Shown: positions 21,388 through 32,096 of the stretch, one piece after another
Position numbering within the stretch: the first letter of the stretch is position 1
How the letters are laid out: each line of letters begins with the position of its first letter
Translations under genes and position numbers: made by a program
The notes under the pieces: model-generated
What the model was told of the DNA's origin: nothing
What the model saw: only the letters and a program-made list of their open reading frames with translations
Database searches by the model: none
Assembly (NCBI GenBank): GCA_963798085.1
Contig: CAWCRS010000007.1
Span: 608,001 to 672,000, forward strand
Reading direction: 5' to 3'
DNA: 64,000 bases
From: an uncultured Gemmatimonadales bacterium
GTDB taxonomy: Bacteria; Gemmatimonadota; Gemmatimonadetes; Longimicrobiales; RSA9

Positions 21388-22476
21388 TCAGGTGGTGAAG
21401 CGCAGACGCGCGCCAATCCCCTCCGCCGCGTTATCGAGCTTCGTCGCCGCCCCCGCCAGCAGCTCTTCCACATCGGCATCCTGCTCGAACGCCGCTCCCA
21501 CACAGAAATCCGAGTATTCCGGGTCCTTCTGGCGCAGGTGCTTCGACAGCAGCAGCACTTCGACGCGGCGCTCGGCGAGAGCGCGATCCGTGCCCGTGCG
21601 TCCCAGGCAGCCTCGCCCGCCCGCCCCGGCCAGCTCGATCACCTGCTCGAGCGTGCGCTGCTGGCGCCGCTCCGTCATCGCCGACGCAGCCGTTTCCGCC
21701 GCACGCTTCAGCTCGGCCGTTGATTGATAGAAGCTGAGCGACGGGTCCTCCGTCACACGCCCATTCAACGTGCGCGGCAGTCGCTGCACCGTCGCAGCGG
21801 TCATTTCCGTGGTGCCGCCCACCAGGACGGTGCCTTCCGCACCGGCGTGCTCGCGAATCGCTTCGGTAAGCGCCTTGAGCAGGCGTTCCGAGCCGACTTC
21901 CTCGAAGCGACGCGCTGCGTCAGTGTCCGTTTCGCCGCGCACGCCGCTGTGCGTCGTCGCCCGCTTCGACATGTTCACATCGCGCAGGTCGCCGAAGAAC
22001 ATGTCCGCTCGCAGCTCGGGCAGTTCCTCGAACGCGCCCTGCCGGTAGCGGTACAGCCTCGCCTGCCGGCTGTCCACCAGCACGGTGATCACCGGGACCG
22101 CCTGTTTCAGCGCACGCACGTACGGCGCGACACGCAGGCCGTCTTCCCAACGTGCCAGGTCCGGCATCGGGACCGGCAGCGTCTCTGCGTAGAGCACGGC
22201 GTCCGGTGTCGCGAAGCCGGCCCAGCCGCGCTCCGGCAGGAACGCGTCGTAGCGGCGCAGCTCCTTCTTCAGATGACCGAGTGCGCTGTCCCACGCCTGG
22301 CGCTCGGCGACACTCTCACCGACGCCGCGCTGCGCGTCGGCCACCACGTGATCCAGTGCGCGGCGCCATGCGCGGCGCTTGGCCGGATCGTGCTCGTCCG
22401 CGTTCAGGTAGATGCTCAGCACACGCTCGCTGCGGTGCTTGCGATAGAGTCCGACGAGTTCTTCTCGTGTAAGCAT
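21388..22476 (-). CDS. Bacterial archaeo-eukaryotic release factor (baeRF)-like protein
   Basis: VLSIYL N-domain, VLVDSRQARLY middle domain, ALAERRVEVLLL and terminal GIGARLRF; no GGQ. Confidence 0.8.
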   Translation of the reverse strand: MLTREELVGLYRKHRSERVLSIYLNADEHDPAKRRAWRRALDHVVADAQRGVGESVAERQAWDSALGHLKKELRRYDAFLPERGWAGFATPDAVLYAETLPVPMPDLARWEDGLRVAPYVRALKQAVPVITVLVDSRQARLYRYRQGAFEELPELRADMFFGDLRDVNMSKRATTHSGVRGETDTDAARRFEEVGSERLLKALTEAIREHAGAEGTVLVGGTTEMTAATVQRLPRTLNGRVTEDPSLSFYQSTAELKRAAETAASAMTERRQQRTLEQVIELAGAGGRGCLGRTGTDRALAERRVEVLLLSKHLRQKDPEYSDFCVGAAFEQDADVEELLAGAATKLDNAAEGIGARLRFTT

Positions 22477-22600
22477 GATCAACCCCACTCCCTCACGATG
22501 ACAGAACGCATCATAGATCAGGAGAGGCGGGTTGGAAAAGGGCAGGGCCGAAGTCGGGTGCCCCCACACGCGCGAGATGCGCGCGCGAGAGGCCACGTCA

Positions 22601-24943
22601 TCAGAATCGCATCAGATAGCTGAGCTTGATGAAGAAGCCGTCGCTGGTGCGTCGCAGATCGTGCAGGCTCACCGTGGCATCGGCGCCCATGCTGCTGCCG
22701 TACCCGAGGAACACCACGGTGCCGGGCGTGGGCTGATAGGAGAGCAGCCAGTCCGCGCGGAAGCGGGCCCGGCGATAGCCGGCGGCGGGTACGCAGTCGG
22801 TCGCGCCCGCGTCGCACAACAGGATCGGGCGTTCCGTACGCGAGTCATCGCGCAGGTCAGCCTGGCGATTCGCGTCATACTCGCCCACCAGGCGGAGGAA
22901 CAGCGGCCGCGCCACCTGGTACTCGAGCTTGAGCCGGGGAATCTGGCGCAGGCCCACCGAGCTGCCGTCACTGAAACGCTGGTAGCGCTGCAGCACGTAA
23001 TTGCCCGTTATCCTCGCCTTGTCCGTGGGCCGCCACTGCGCGCTCAGCGTGGCCAGCAGTACCCACGACTTCGACCACTCGAAGAAGTTCTCGTCGCGGC
23101 CACCGATCAGAAACGCATTGGCGGAAAATGTCTTGTACTGCGGCGTGGCCAGCGTGAACTGGGCATCGTAGTTGGCAATGCGGTCGACACCCACGTACGG
23201 CACCGTGTCCGTACCCGTGTCGATGAAGTAGTTCGTGTACAGTTCGACCGGGTACTTGAACGATTCGAGCAGCAGCGCGTAGCCCGTGTGCCAGCCGCCG
23301 CGCAGCGTGAAGTCGCCGCCCACGTGGAATTTCTGGTCGTCGGGCACGTCGCCGGCCGTGAAGTGATCCCAGGTCCAGGTGCCATCCAGGTTGACGTACT
23401 GCGTGTAGTTCTCGATGAACGCAGCACGCCGGCCGTAGAACGTCCAGGCGGGCCGCACGTTGGCGTGCGCGATGCCTGCGCGGTTCACAAAACCGGCCGC
23501 GGCCACGAACTCGTTGTGTATGCCCTGGAATGCGGTGGCGAGACCGAAGTGCCGGTCGCGCACGGCACCGGTCGCTGTGAAAATCGGGCGCCACGCATTG
23601 GCGCCCGCATCGGTGCGCGTGAAGCTCGCGCCGGCCTGCAGGCTGAGCGCGTACTTGTCGCCGAACACCAGTCGCGCATCGGTTGCCGCGACGCGGTTGT
23701 AGTCACTGCCTTCCACGCGATCCGTGTAGGCCAGGCCCACCGTCGAGCTGTGACCTATGTCGCGACGGATGCGCAGCAGATTGAACACGGGGTGCGCGCC
23801 GGAGGCCGAAAGCGCGTCGTCGTCCACAGCCGACAGCACGCCCAGGTCGGTGCCCGACACCTTGCCGGTGAATTTCGCCGCCCCGACCGGCGACACGATG
23901 CGCCGGGTGTAGATCAGGCGGTTCGGCGTGCTGAAGTTCTCGCTGGCCTCCAGGAAGAAAGGACGCTTTTCCGGGAAGAACAGCGCCTGCCGGGGATCGA
24001 ACGTGAGCTGGCTGGCATCCGACTCGACCTGCGAAAAATCCGGATTAAGGGTGGCGTTCATCGTGAGGTTCGCGCTCACGCCCCAGCGCAGGTTGAGGCC
24101 GGGCTCCGGCCGCTGGCCATCATACTGCCAGCGCCCCAGTGAGTCGGGCGCGCCATCCGTCCTCGCCGTGATCACCGGATTCGCATCCAGCACCAGCCCC
24201 CGCCGCAGGTCGGTGAGCCCGGTGAGCGTGCCACTCTGCGCCAGGAACGAAGCGCGATCGCGCCGCGCCGGCGTCCACGTCTGCAGATACCCCGAGTGTT
24301 GCACGCCACGCAGGATGTTAATGCCCCACGTCTGCACCTTGTCCGGCTGGTAGCGCAGGCTCTTGAAGGGAATACGGATCTCCACTTCGTAGCCGAAGTC
24401 GGTGAGGCGGCCCTTCGATTCGAACACGAAGTCAGGGCTCAGGTCCAGACCCGGATTCAGATCGCTGCCCGACACATCGGCCATCACGCCATCCGCCTGT
24501 ACACCAAACGGGTTCACGCTGAAGACGAGGGCGCGACGATGGTCGTTGAACGTGTCGAGCAGAAACTCGATGTAGTCGTCGGCGCCAATGTGGTCGCGGT
24601 CCGGCAGCGAGGCGTGCACCACGCCGTGCGGCTCGAAGGCGCGTACACCGAGCCGGATCTCGTGCTCATCGTAGAAGATCAGGACCTCGGTGGAATCCTC
24701 GGCGGCCACGCCATCATTCGGCTGGAACTGCGAGAAGCCCGTCAGCAGCGCAGCCTGCTGCCAGACCGGCTCGTCGAGCACCCCATCGATGCGCACGCGT
24801 CCACTCAGCCGCGGCACACGCACTTCCGTCCGATTGAGACGTCCGTTGTAGACTTCCGGCGGATCGGCGGTGGCGAGTGTGGCGGCGAGCAGGACACCGA
24901 GCATGCGTTGCGTACTCCTCGTTTGCCCGGGCAAATGCATCAC
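22601..24943 (-). CDS. CBM9-like + DUF5916 outer-membrane protein
   Basis: IDGVLDEPVW, VEIRIPFKSLRY, NPDFSQVESD, FFPEKRPFFLE, C-term FFIKLSYLMRF. Confidence 0.88.
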   Translation of the reverse strand: MMHLPGQTRSTQRMLGVLLAATLATADPPEVYNGRLNRTEVRVPRLSGRVRIDGVLDEPVWQQAALLTGFSQFQPNDGVAAEDSTEVLIFYDEHEIRLGVRAFEPHGVVHASLPDRDHIGADDYIEFLLDTFNDHRRALVFSVNPFGVQADGVMADVSGSDLNPGLDLSPDFVFESKGRLTDFGYEVEIRIPFKSLRYQPDKVQTWGINILRGVQHSGYLQTWTPARRDRASFLAQSGTLTGLTDLRRGLVLDANPVITARTDGAPDSLGRWQYDGQRPEPGLNLRWGVSANLTMNATLNPDFSQVESDASQLTFDPRQALFFPEKRPFFLEASENFSTPNRLIYTRRIVSPVGAAKFTGKVSGTDLGVLSAVDDDALSASGAHPVFNLLRIRRDIGHSSTVGLAYTDRVEGSDYNRVAATDARLVFGDKYALSLQAGASFTRTDAGANAWRPIFTATGAVRDRHFGLATAFQGIHNEFVAAAGFVNRAGIAHANVRPAWTFYGRRAAFIENYTQYVNLDGTWTWDHFTAGDVPDDQKFHVGGDFTLRGGWHTGYALLLESFKYPVELYTNYFIDTGTDTVPYVGVDRIANYDAQFTLATPQYKTFSANAFLIGGRDENFFEWSKSWVLLATLSAQWRPTDKARITGNYVLQRYQRFSDGSSVGLRQIPRLKLEYQVARPLFLRLVGEYDANRQADLRDDSRTERPILLCDAGATDCVPAAGYRRARFRADWLLSYQPTPGTVVFLGYGSSMGADATVSLHDLRRTSDGFFIKLSYLMRF

Positions 24944-25159
24944 GGCGAGGAACGGCGGGCCTCACGCGAGGTATTCCCGACAGTGACCTGACGTCGCTGG
25001 CAGGCAACCGGCGCCGGGCCGCGCGGGCTGTCCTCAACATCCCTCGTGCACGAATTCCGCGCGGAGGGTACGCGGCCGGGGCGCCGTACGCAATCAGGGC
25101 GGGATGGATGCCTGCGCTGGAAGGATCAGAAGATGCCGCGCGGGTCGAATGGGGGCGTC

Positions 25160-26149
25160 ATGCAGGCAATGGTGCTTAAGGCGCAGCGACAGCCGCTCCG
25201 CGCGACCGAGCTGCCCGTGCCTGAGCCGGCCGCGGGGCAGCTGCTGTTGCGTGTGCGCTGCTGCGCGGTCTGCCGCACCGACCTGCACGTGATTGATGGC
25301 GATCTGACACGACCGAAGCTGCCCCTGGTTCCCGGTCACGAGATCATCGCCGACGTGGTCGCGGCCGGTGCGGGTGTGAGCGGCTTCGCGGCGGGCCAGC
25401 GCGTGGGCGTGCCCTGGCTGGGCTGGACCTGCGGCGTCTGCGACTTCTGCCGCACCGGCCGCGAGAATCTCTGCGATAATGCGCGCTTCACCGGCTACGA
25501 CATCAATGGCGGCTACGCCGAGTACACGGTTGCCGACCACCGCTACTGTCTGCCCGTGCCCGCGGACTGCCCCGACCTGCAGGCGGCGCCGCTCATGTGC
25601 GCCGGTCTCATCGGCTACCGCTCGCTGCGCATGACCGGTACTGCTCTAACACTCGGTTTCTACGGCTTCGGCGCGGCCGCGCACATCCTGACGCAGGTGG
25701 CGCGGCACGAGGGCCGCCGCGTGTTCGCCTTCACCCGCCCGGGCGATGTCAGCGGGCAGGCCTTCGCCCGGTCGGTGGGCGCCGAATGGGCCGGCGGCAG
25801 CGACGAGGCGCCACCCGAGCCGCTCAATGCCGCCATACTCTTCGCACCCGTGGGCGCACTGGTGCCCGCTGCGCTGCGCGCTGTCAGGAAGGGCGGCACC
25901 GTGGTGTGCGGTGGCATACACATGAGCGACATTCCGCGCTTCCCGTACGAGCTGCTCTGGGGCGAGCGCGTGCTGCGCTCCGTGGCCAACCTCACGCGCC
26001 AGGATGGCCTCGATTTCCTGGAGCTGGCGCCCCGTGTGCCCGTGCACAGCACGGTCCACACCTATCCCCTGGAAGCGGCTAACACCGCGTTGGACGACTT
26101 GCGGGCCGGGCGCCTGGAAGGCGCGGCCGTGCTGCAGGTGCAGCCGTGA
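25160..26149 (+). CDS. Zinc-dependent alcohol dehydrogenase
   Basis: VCRTDLH, GHE, CGVCDFC...ENLC, GFYGFGAAA. Confidence 0.93.
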   Translation: MQAMVLKAQRQPLRATELPVPEPAAGQLLLRVRCCAVCRTDLHVIDGDLTRPKLPLVPGHEIIADVVAAGAGVSGFAAGQRVGVPWLGWTCGVCDFCRTGRENLCDNARFTGYDINGGYAEYTVADHRYCLPVPADCPDLQAAPLMCAGLIGYRSLRMTGTALTLGFYGFGAAAHILTQVARHEGRRVFAFTRPGDVSGQAFARSVGAEWAGGSDEAPPEPLNAAILFAPVGALVPAALRAVRKGGTVVCGGIHMSDIPRFPYELLWGERVLRSVANLTRQDGLDFLELAPRVPVHSTVHTYPLEAANTALDDLRAGRLEGAAVLQVQP

Positions 26150-26730
26150 GTCTGCTGCGCCGCTTCCGCCGCCTGCCGGATCAGCTGACGCTGCTGCGCC
26201 TGCTGCTGGCCGGCCCGCTCTGGCTGCTGGCGCTGCTGCATTGGCGTCATGCGCTCGGAGTGGGCATGGCTGTGGCCGGCACCACCGACATGCTGGATGG
26301 CTGGCTGGCCCGCCGCGCCGGCCGCACCTCGCGTTTCGGCAGTCAGCTGGATTCTGTGGCGGACGTCGTGCTCTTCTGCTCCATCGCCATCTGGGTGGCC
26401 ATGCTGCGGCCCGAATTCTACCGCCAGTACACGGGACTGCTGCTGCTCTGGGCGGGCCTGGGCATGCTCACACTGGCTGTGGGCTGGGTGCGCTTCCGCC
26501 GCCTGGCCAATCTGCACCTCTATTCCGCCAAGGCGGCGGGCGTCATCGGCTACCTGTTCGCGCTCTACATGATCATGTTCGATGCGCCGGCGGCGCCCTT
26601 CTTCTACGTCGCGCTAACCCTGGCGTTCGCCGGCTCGCTGGAGACACTGGCCATGCTGCTCACGCGCTCGCGCGTCGATGAGCACGGCGGCAGCATCCTG
26701 CGCCCGCGACCGGGCAGCCGTTCCCTCTGA
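26146..26730 (+). CDS. CDP-alcohol phosphatidyltransferase family protein
   Basis: LPDQLTLLR; DMLDGWLARR....SRFGSQLDSVAD signature; multi-TM. Confidence 0.88.
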   Translation: MSLLRRFRRLPDQLTLLRLLLAGPLWLLALLHWRHALGVGMAVAGTTDMLDGWLARRAGRTSRFGSQLDSVADVVLFCSIAIWVAMLRPEFYRQYTGLLLLWAGLGMLTLAVGWVRFRRLANLHLYSAKAAGVIGYLFALYMIMFDAPAAPFFYVALTLAFAGSLETLAMLLTRSRVDEHGGSILRPRPGSRSL

Positions 26731-26752
26731 CAGCGCGTCAGGGGCGCACCGC

Positions 26753-27241
26753 TCACACATCGAAGATCACGCTTGCCTGCCAGCCGTCCCCGGTTTCCTT
26801 CAGTTCCAGTGCGTGGTAGGTCACACCTTTGATCTCCTGCAGCGCCGCCGCCGCGCAGGGAGCCAGCGCCACCTGCGCGCGCAGCCGCGTCGGCTCCAGC
26901 AGCGGGAACGCGGCGCCGGCGTAGCACTGCCCGCGCACCTGGGCGAGGAACAGCAGCTCGCGCAGCCACGCCGCGAGCAGCAGCGCAGGGTCGTCCGCCT
27001 CCAGCTCCAGCATGACAGACGATGCAGCGGCGGCAGCGGGCGAGGCAGGCCCGGTCGCGGCGCCAGCGGGCGCTGCGGGATCCGGGCGCAGGAACGCCAG
27101 CATGCCGAGCGCCGCGCGCTGGAACAGCGTGTGCGCATCGGGTGCGGTCACGCGCATCCCAATGTCTGCGGTGTGATCGAGCGGGTAAACGCCGGCGGGG
27201 AAGCCGGGCTCGCGCCGCTGCTGCGCATCGCGGCGCATCAT
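26753..27241 (-). CDS. Archease
   Basis: DHTADIG, EIKGVTYH and C-terminal VIFDV motifs. Confidence 0.9.
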   Translation of the reverse strand: MMRRDAQQRREPGFPAGVYPLDHTADIGMRVTAPDAHTLFQRAALGMLAFLRPDPAAPAGAATGPASPAAAAASSVMLELEADDPALLLAAWLRELLFLAQVRGQCYAGAAFPLLEPTRLRAQVALAPCAAAALQEIKGVTYHALELKETGDGWQASVIFDV

Positions 27242-27278
27242 GATCCCGTCTTCCCGCCGACGCTGCGGGCCGGCCTGC

Positions 27279-27767
27279 TCAGGGCGACGTGGACGCGAGG
27301 CGGCCGTGCAGCTCCTGCACGGCAATGCCAAACACGATGTTGCGGAACGGCACAGGGTCTCCCTCAGCCAGCGTTTCCGGCAGCAGGCGGCGCAACGCCC
27401 CGAGCGCGCGCTGATAGCGGGCGACATCCTGCTCCGTGCCGCCGGGCGCGAGCGGGTAGAAACCGCCGTTCACGACCACGCTGCGCCAGTCGAAGGCGCC
27501 GTCCACTTCATCCACGGCCAGGGCCACCCACCAGTTGTGCGAGAGCGCGTCCAGCTTCTCGCCATCCGAGGTGCGGCCCCAGATCCACTCACCGTCGTAC
27601 ACGTAGTGGATGGGACGGATGTCGACGCGCCGGTCCGTCCGCGCAAATGCCAGCCTCGCCACACTGTTGCGTCGCAGCACCGCCTCGCACTGCGCGCGGC
27701 TCAGCGAGTCGAAGCGCGGCTCAGATCGTGGCGCCTGCGGCCTCGCTGCCAACCGGGATTCGCTCAT
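27279..27767 (-). CDS. Pyridoxamine 5'-phosphate oxidase-like flavin-binding protein
   Basis: LSRAQCEAVLRRNSVARLAF, PIHY, GEKL, VDEVDGAFDWRSVVVNG. Confidence 0.85.
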   Translation of the reverse strand: MSESRLAARPQAPRSEPRFDSLSRAQCEAVLRRNSVARLAFARTDRRVDIRPIHYVYDGEWIWGRTSDGEKLDALSHNWWVALAVDEVDGAFDWRSVVVNGGFYPLAPGGTEQDVARYQRALGALRRLLPETLAEGDPVPFRNIVFGIAVQELHGRLASTSP

Positions 27768-28686
27768 GGCTCACCATCGACGGACGGTACACCATCACCG
27801 GACACACGGCGCCGCGCAACACCTTGTCCGCGACGCTGCCCAGCGCCAGCCGCGACCAGCCGCCTCGCCCGTGCGTGGCCAGCGCGACCAGACTCACCGC
27901 ACGCGTCGCCGCGAACTCGAGAATGGCGGCGGCGGGCACGGCATCACTCACGACCGCGATTTCCACGTCCAGGCCACGGGCACGCAGCGGCTGCGCGACG
28001 CGTTCCAGCTCCTCCCGCGCATGCGAGCGCTGCTCGCTGGCCAGGTTCTCCGAGAAATCTTCCGCTGTCAATGCCACAGGCGGACGCAGCATGGGCACAG
28101 GCAGCACGACACGCATGAGCGTGTAGCGCGCGCCGAAATAGGATCCCAGCTGTATTGCCGGCCCGAGTACGCCTTGCGACAGTTCGGACCCATCGAGCGG
28201 CACCAGGATGTGCTGTGGCCGGATTTCTTCGGCCAGATCGACCGCCTCGTGCTCGGGCCGCAGCACCAGCACCGGTACACCGCCCCGTCGCATCACACCA
28301 TCGGTGACGCTGCCCAGCCACACGCGCGAAATACCGCCGCGGCCGTGCGTGGTCATCACGATGAGATCGATCTCCATCTCGCGGGCGTACGTCGCCAGCG
28401 CCGTGGCCGGCGTTCCATCCACCAGCTCCGTGCGCACGGAAACGCCGTGCTCGCTCAGCCGTGCGGCGACCGAATACAGGTACTCGCGCTCCTGCGTGCG
28501 CAGTCCCTGGTCCCAGCGACCATCGTAGGTGACCAGTGCGTCGGGCGCAGCCGTGACCACTGGCACCTCGTGAGCCTGTACGAGATGAATCCGCGCACCC
28601 GATCGCCGCGCGATGCCCAGCGCCACAGGCAACGCATGCTCCGCGAACGTCGAACCGTCCAGCGGGACCATGATCGTCCTGTTCAT
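27721..28686 (-). CDS. Tandem-domain universal stress protein
   Basis: TIMVPLDGS, MTTHGRGG..WLGSV, HILVPLDGS, ATHGRGG..LGSVADKVLR; SD GGAGG. Confidence 0.93.
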   Translation of the reverse strand: MNRTIMVPLDGSTFAEHALPVALGIARRSGARIHLVQAHEVPVVTAAPDALVTYDGRWDQGLRTQEREYLYSVAARLSEHGVSVRTELVDGTPATALATYAREMEIDLIVMTTHGRGGISRVWLGSVTDGVMRRGGVPVLVLRPEHEAVDLAEEIRPQHILVPLDGSELSQGVLGPAIQLGSYFGARYTLMRVVLPVPMLRPPVALTAEDFSENLASEQRSHAREELERVAQPLRARGLDVEIAVVSDAVPAAAILEFAATRAVSLVALATHGRGGWSRLALGSVADKVLRGAVCPVMVYRPSMVSHERIPVGSEAAGATI

Positions 28687-28900
28687 GACCAAACCTCCTG
28701 AAGGCGGACTGCATCTCAAGTTGTGCCCGCCACGGCCGTGCGGCTGTCGGGAGGATGCTTAGCCTGCGTGAGGAAGTTGACCCGGGTTTCAGGCGACGAT
28801 GCCCGGTCAGCCACCGTCGCCTTCAAACGGCCGCGCTTCCGTCCTACATTGCGCCGCGCGCCCCATGTGTGCGGCGCAGCCCAGCATGCAGGAGGGGATC

Positions 28901-29840
28901 GTGCACACGGTGATCGCGGTGGTGCAGGCGGAAGCGCCCGCCGATCTGGTGCAGGGACTGGAGCAGACGGCGCAGCTCGCGGCGGATGCCGCGGCGCGCG
29001 GCGCCCGCCTCGTCGCATTCCCGGAAACCTGGCTGCCCGGCTACCCGGCGTGGCTCGACGTCTGTCGCGACGTCGCCCTCTGGGACAGCGCCGCCGTGAA
29101 GCAGGTGTTCCGCGAGATGGCCGAACAGAGTGTCGATGGTGCCCGGGCCTGCAACCCGGCGGCTGGGCGAGATCGCGAGCGCGCACGAGATCACGCTCGT
29201 CAGCGGCGTCACGGAACGCATTGCGGCAGGACCCGGGCGAGGCACGCTGTACAACGCGCTGCTCACGTTCGGACCCGACGGTCGCATTCTCAATCATCAT
29301 CGCAAGCTCATGCCCACGTACACGGAGCGCATGGTGTGGGGCGCGGGCGATGCGCACGGTGTGGGGGCGGTGGACACACCCGCAGGTCGCGTGGGTGGAC
29401 TCATCTGCTGGGAACACTGGATGCCGCTCGCGCGCCAGGCACTGCACGAATCCGCAGAGGATGTGCACGTCGCCGCCTGGCCCGCGGTCAAGGAGATGAA
29501 CCTCGTTGCCAGCCGTCACTACGCTTTCGAGGGGCGCTGCTTCGTGATCGCCAGCGGTGCGCTCATGCGTGCGTCCGCGTTGCCGCCGCAGCTGCAGGCG
29601 CACCCCGATGTCGCCGCTGCGGCCGATGCGTGGATCCTGCGCGGCGGCAGCGCCATCATTGCGCCCGACGGCGGGCTGCTCGAAGGTCCGGTGTACGGCC
29701 TCGCCTGCACGCTCGTAGCGGAGCTGGATCTGGGACGCATTCGCGAAGAAAGCCTGACGCTGGACGTCACGGGCCATTACAGCCGGCCGGATTGCTTCCG
29801 CCTCGAACGCATCGCGGCCGGCGCCCGTCGCGACCACTGA
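28901..29840 (+). CDS. Nitrilase / carbon-nitrogen hydrolase (frameshift near 29145)
   Basis: Catalytic triad motifs FPETWLPGYP, HRKLMPT, ICWEHWMP; LDVTGHYSRPD. Confidence 0.9.
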
Positions 29841-29951
29841 CAGAGCGCTGCCGGCGACCCCACCCCCTTGCAGCGGCGCGCGGCCGCGGCGCACAATCAC
29901 ACACCGGGCAGCGCGTGCCCGCCGCTGCCGCCACCTCTTCAGGAAGTTCGC

Positions 29952-31906
29952 ATGACTGGACCTCGCCGTTCGTTCCTCGCCCTCACCCTGCTCGCCGCGG
30001 CCGGCGCCTGTTATCCGGCCATGAAGCTGGCGAAGAACGACGCCGACGTCGTGCTCGCGCACCAGACACTGGATGCACCGGATCCTTCACAGGCCGGTCC
30101 GCTGCGCGTGCTGCACCTGTACTACGGCAGCGGCAAGGACAAGAACCGCGTCGTGTATCGTGATTCCGTCACGATCAGGACCGATTCGATCGATGCCGGC
30201 AAACTGGTCGATCTGGGACAGTCCGCCAAATCACGCAACAAGTACTGGGGCTTCACACCCAAGGGCATGCCCCTCAATGCGCGCGTCTGGTATCCCGATG
30301 GACCCGGGCCCTATCCGCTCGTGCTCATTGCGCACGGCAACCACGACATGACCGATTTCTCCGACCCCGGTTACGGCTACCTCGGCGAGCTGCTCGCCAG
30401 TCGCGGCTTCATCGTGGCATCGCTGGACATGAATTTCATCAATGGCGGCATCCGCAACGAGAACGATGCGCGCGGCTGGTTCTTCCTGAAGCACCTGGAG
30501 CTGTGGCGCAAATGGAACGGCACGGATGGCAATGCCTTCCACGGCAGAGTGGACATGGACCGCATCGCGCTGATCGGTCACTCGCGCGGCGGCGAAGCTG
30601 TCGGTCATGCGGCAGCCTTCAACCGGCTCAGCCACTACCCCGATGATGGGAATGTGAAGTTCGATTTCAATTTCGGTATCCGCTCGCTCATTGCCATCGC
30701 GCCGGTCGACGGACAGTACCGGCCGGCGGATCGTCTGGTGCCGGTCGAGAACGTCAACTACCTCGTCTTCCACGGCTCACACGATGGCGACGTCTCCAGC
30801 TTCATGGGCATCCGCCAGTATCAGCGCGTGCGCTTCACCGATGGCGCGCCGCACTTCAAGGCAGCCGTTTTCGTGTACCGCGCCAACCACGGCCAGTGGA
30901 ACACCGTCTGGAACAACCACGACAACGGCCCGCGCAGCGGCCGGGTGCTCGACCTGCGCACGCTCATGCCTCCCGAGGATCAGCGCCAGTTCGCCAGGGT
31001 CTACATCTCCTCGTTCCTCCAGGCCACCCTGAAGGATGACAAGCGCTACCTGCCTCTCTTTCGCGACCATCGCGTGGCCGGCGCATGGCTGCCGAAGACA
31101 ATGTACATCACGCGCTTCGAAGAAAGCTCATTCCGCCCGCTCGCGACGTTCGAAGAAGACGTCGAGCTGACGTACCGGCAGCGTCAACGGTGTGCGCATC
31201 GAAGGCGACAGCCTGGCCACGTGGAAGGAAAGCCTGCTGCAGCTGCGCACCGCCAATTCACCGGCGGAAGGCAGTTCGCAGTACAACAACGTGGTCACGG
31301 TGGGCTGGAACAACCGCATCGCCGGACCCGACACGACGCGCATGGGGCCGCCCGCGGTGTACGCCGTCGACCTGCCCTTCTCGCTCGCGCGCACCTGGGG
31401 TCTTTCGGAAGCGTCCTCACTGCAGTTCCTGCTCATGCCGACGGACGTCATGCCCGGGCCACGCCGCTCACCCGACAAGCCCGCGGCGGACTCGACGAAG
31501 CGCGGTGCCCGCGGCGGCCGCGGCGCCACGCCACCTCGCCCGCCGAAGGCCGACAAGAACGCGGAGAAGCCGCCCGTCGATCTCAGCATGGAGCTCACCG
31601 ACGCATCCGGCGCCAGCGCCCGGCTGCCCCTGAGCCACTACGGGGTCATCCGCCGCCCGCTCGAAGCCTGGATCCTGCGCCGCCGCAGCCAGGAATCCCG
31701 CTTCGGTGCGCACTACGAGCTGGTGATGCAGACCTTCACGCCTGCCGCTCGCCGATTTCAAGCGCGCCAATCCCGCACTCGACATCGGCCAGCTCACTGC
31801 CGTGCGCTTCGTGTTCGACCGCGCCACCGCCGGCACCGTCATCATCGACGAGATCGGCTTCGCCAACATGGATCCGGCATTCAAGGCGGCCGTAGCGGCT
31901 AACTAG
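29952..31906 (+). CDS. Secreted/lipoprotein alpha/beta hydrolase with C-terminal beta-sandwich (frameshifts near 31175 and 31740)
   Basis: Lipobox-like AGAC, LIAHGNH, nucleophile GHSRGG, HGSHDGDV, ANHGQWN; last frame ends DEIGFANMDPAFKAAVAAN-stop. Confidence 0.8.
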
Positions 31907-32096
31907 CTGTTCTGAAAGGCGTTGCTGGGGCTGGTTGCCGGGGCTGGTTGCTCGGGAACAGATCAACGGATGCATGCGCGCTGGCCCGCGCCCAATCCGT
32001 CCTCCCCAGCCCCCGCGGCCCCTGTGTGAGAGAATCCGTCCTCCGACCTCTCCTCCACTCCATGCCGCATGAAAAACCAGCGCGCTGCAAACGCCT

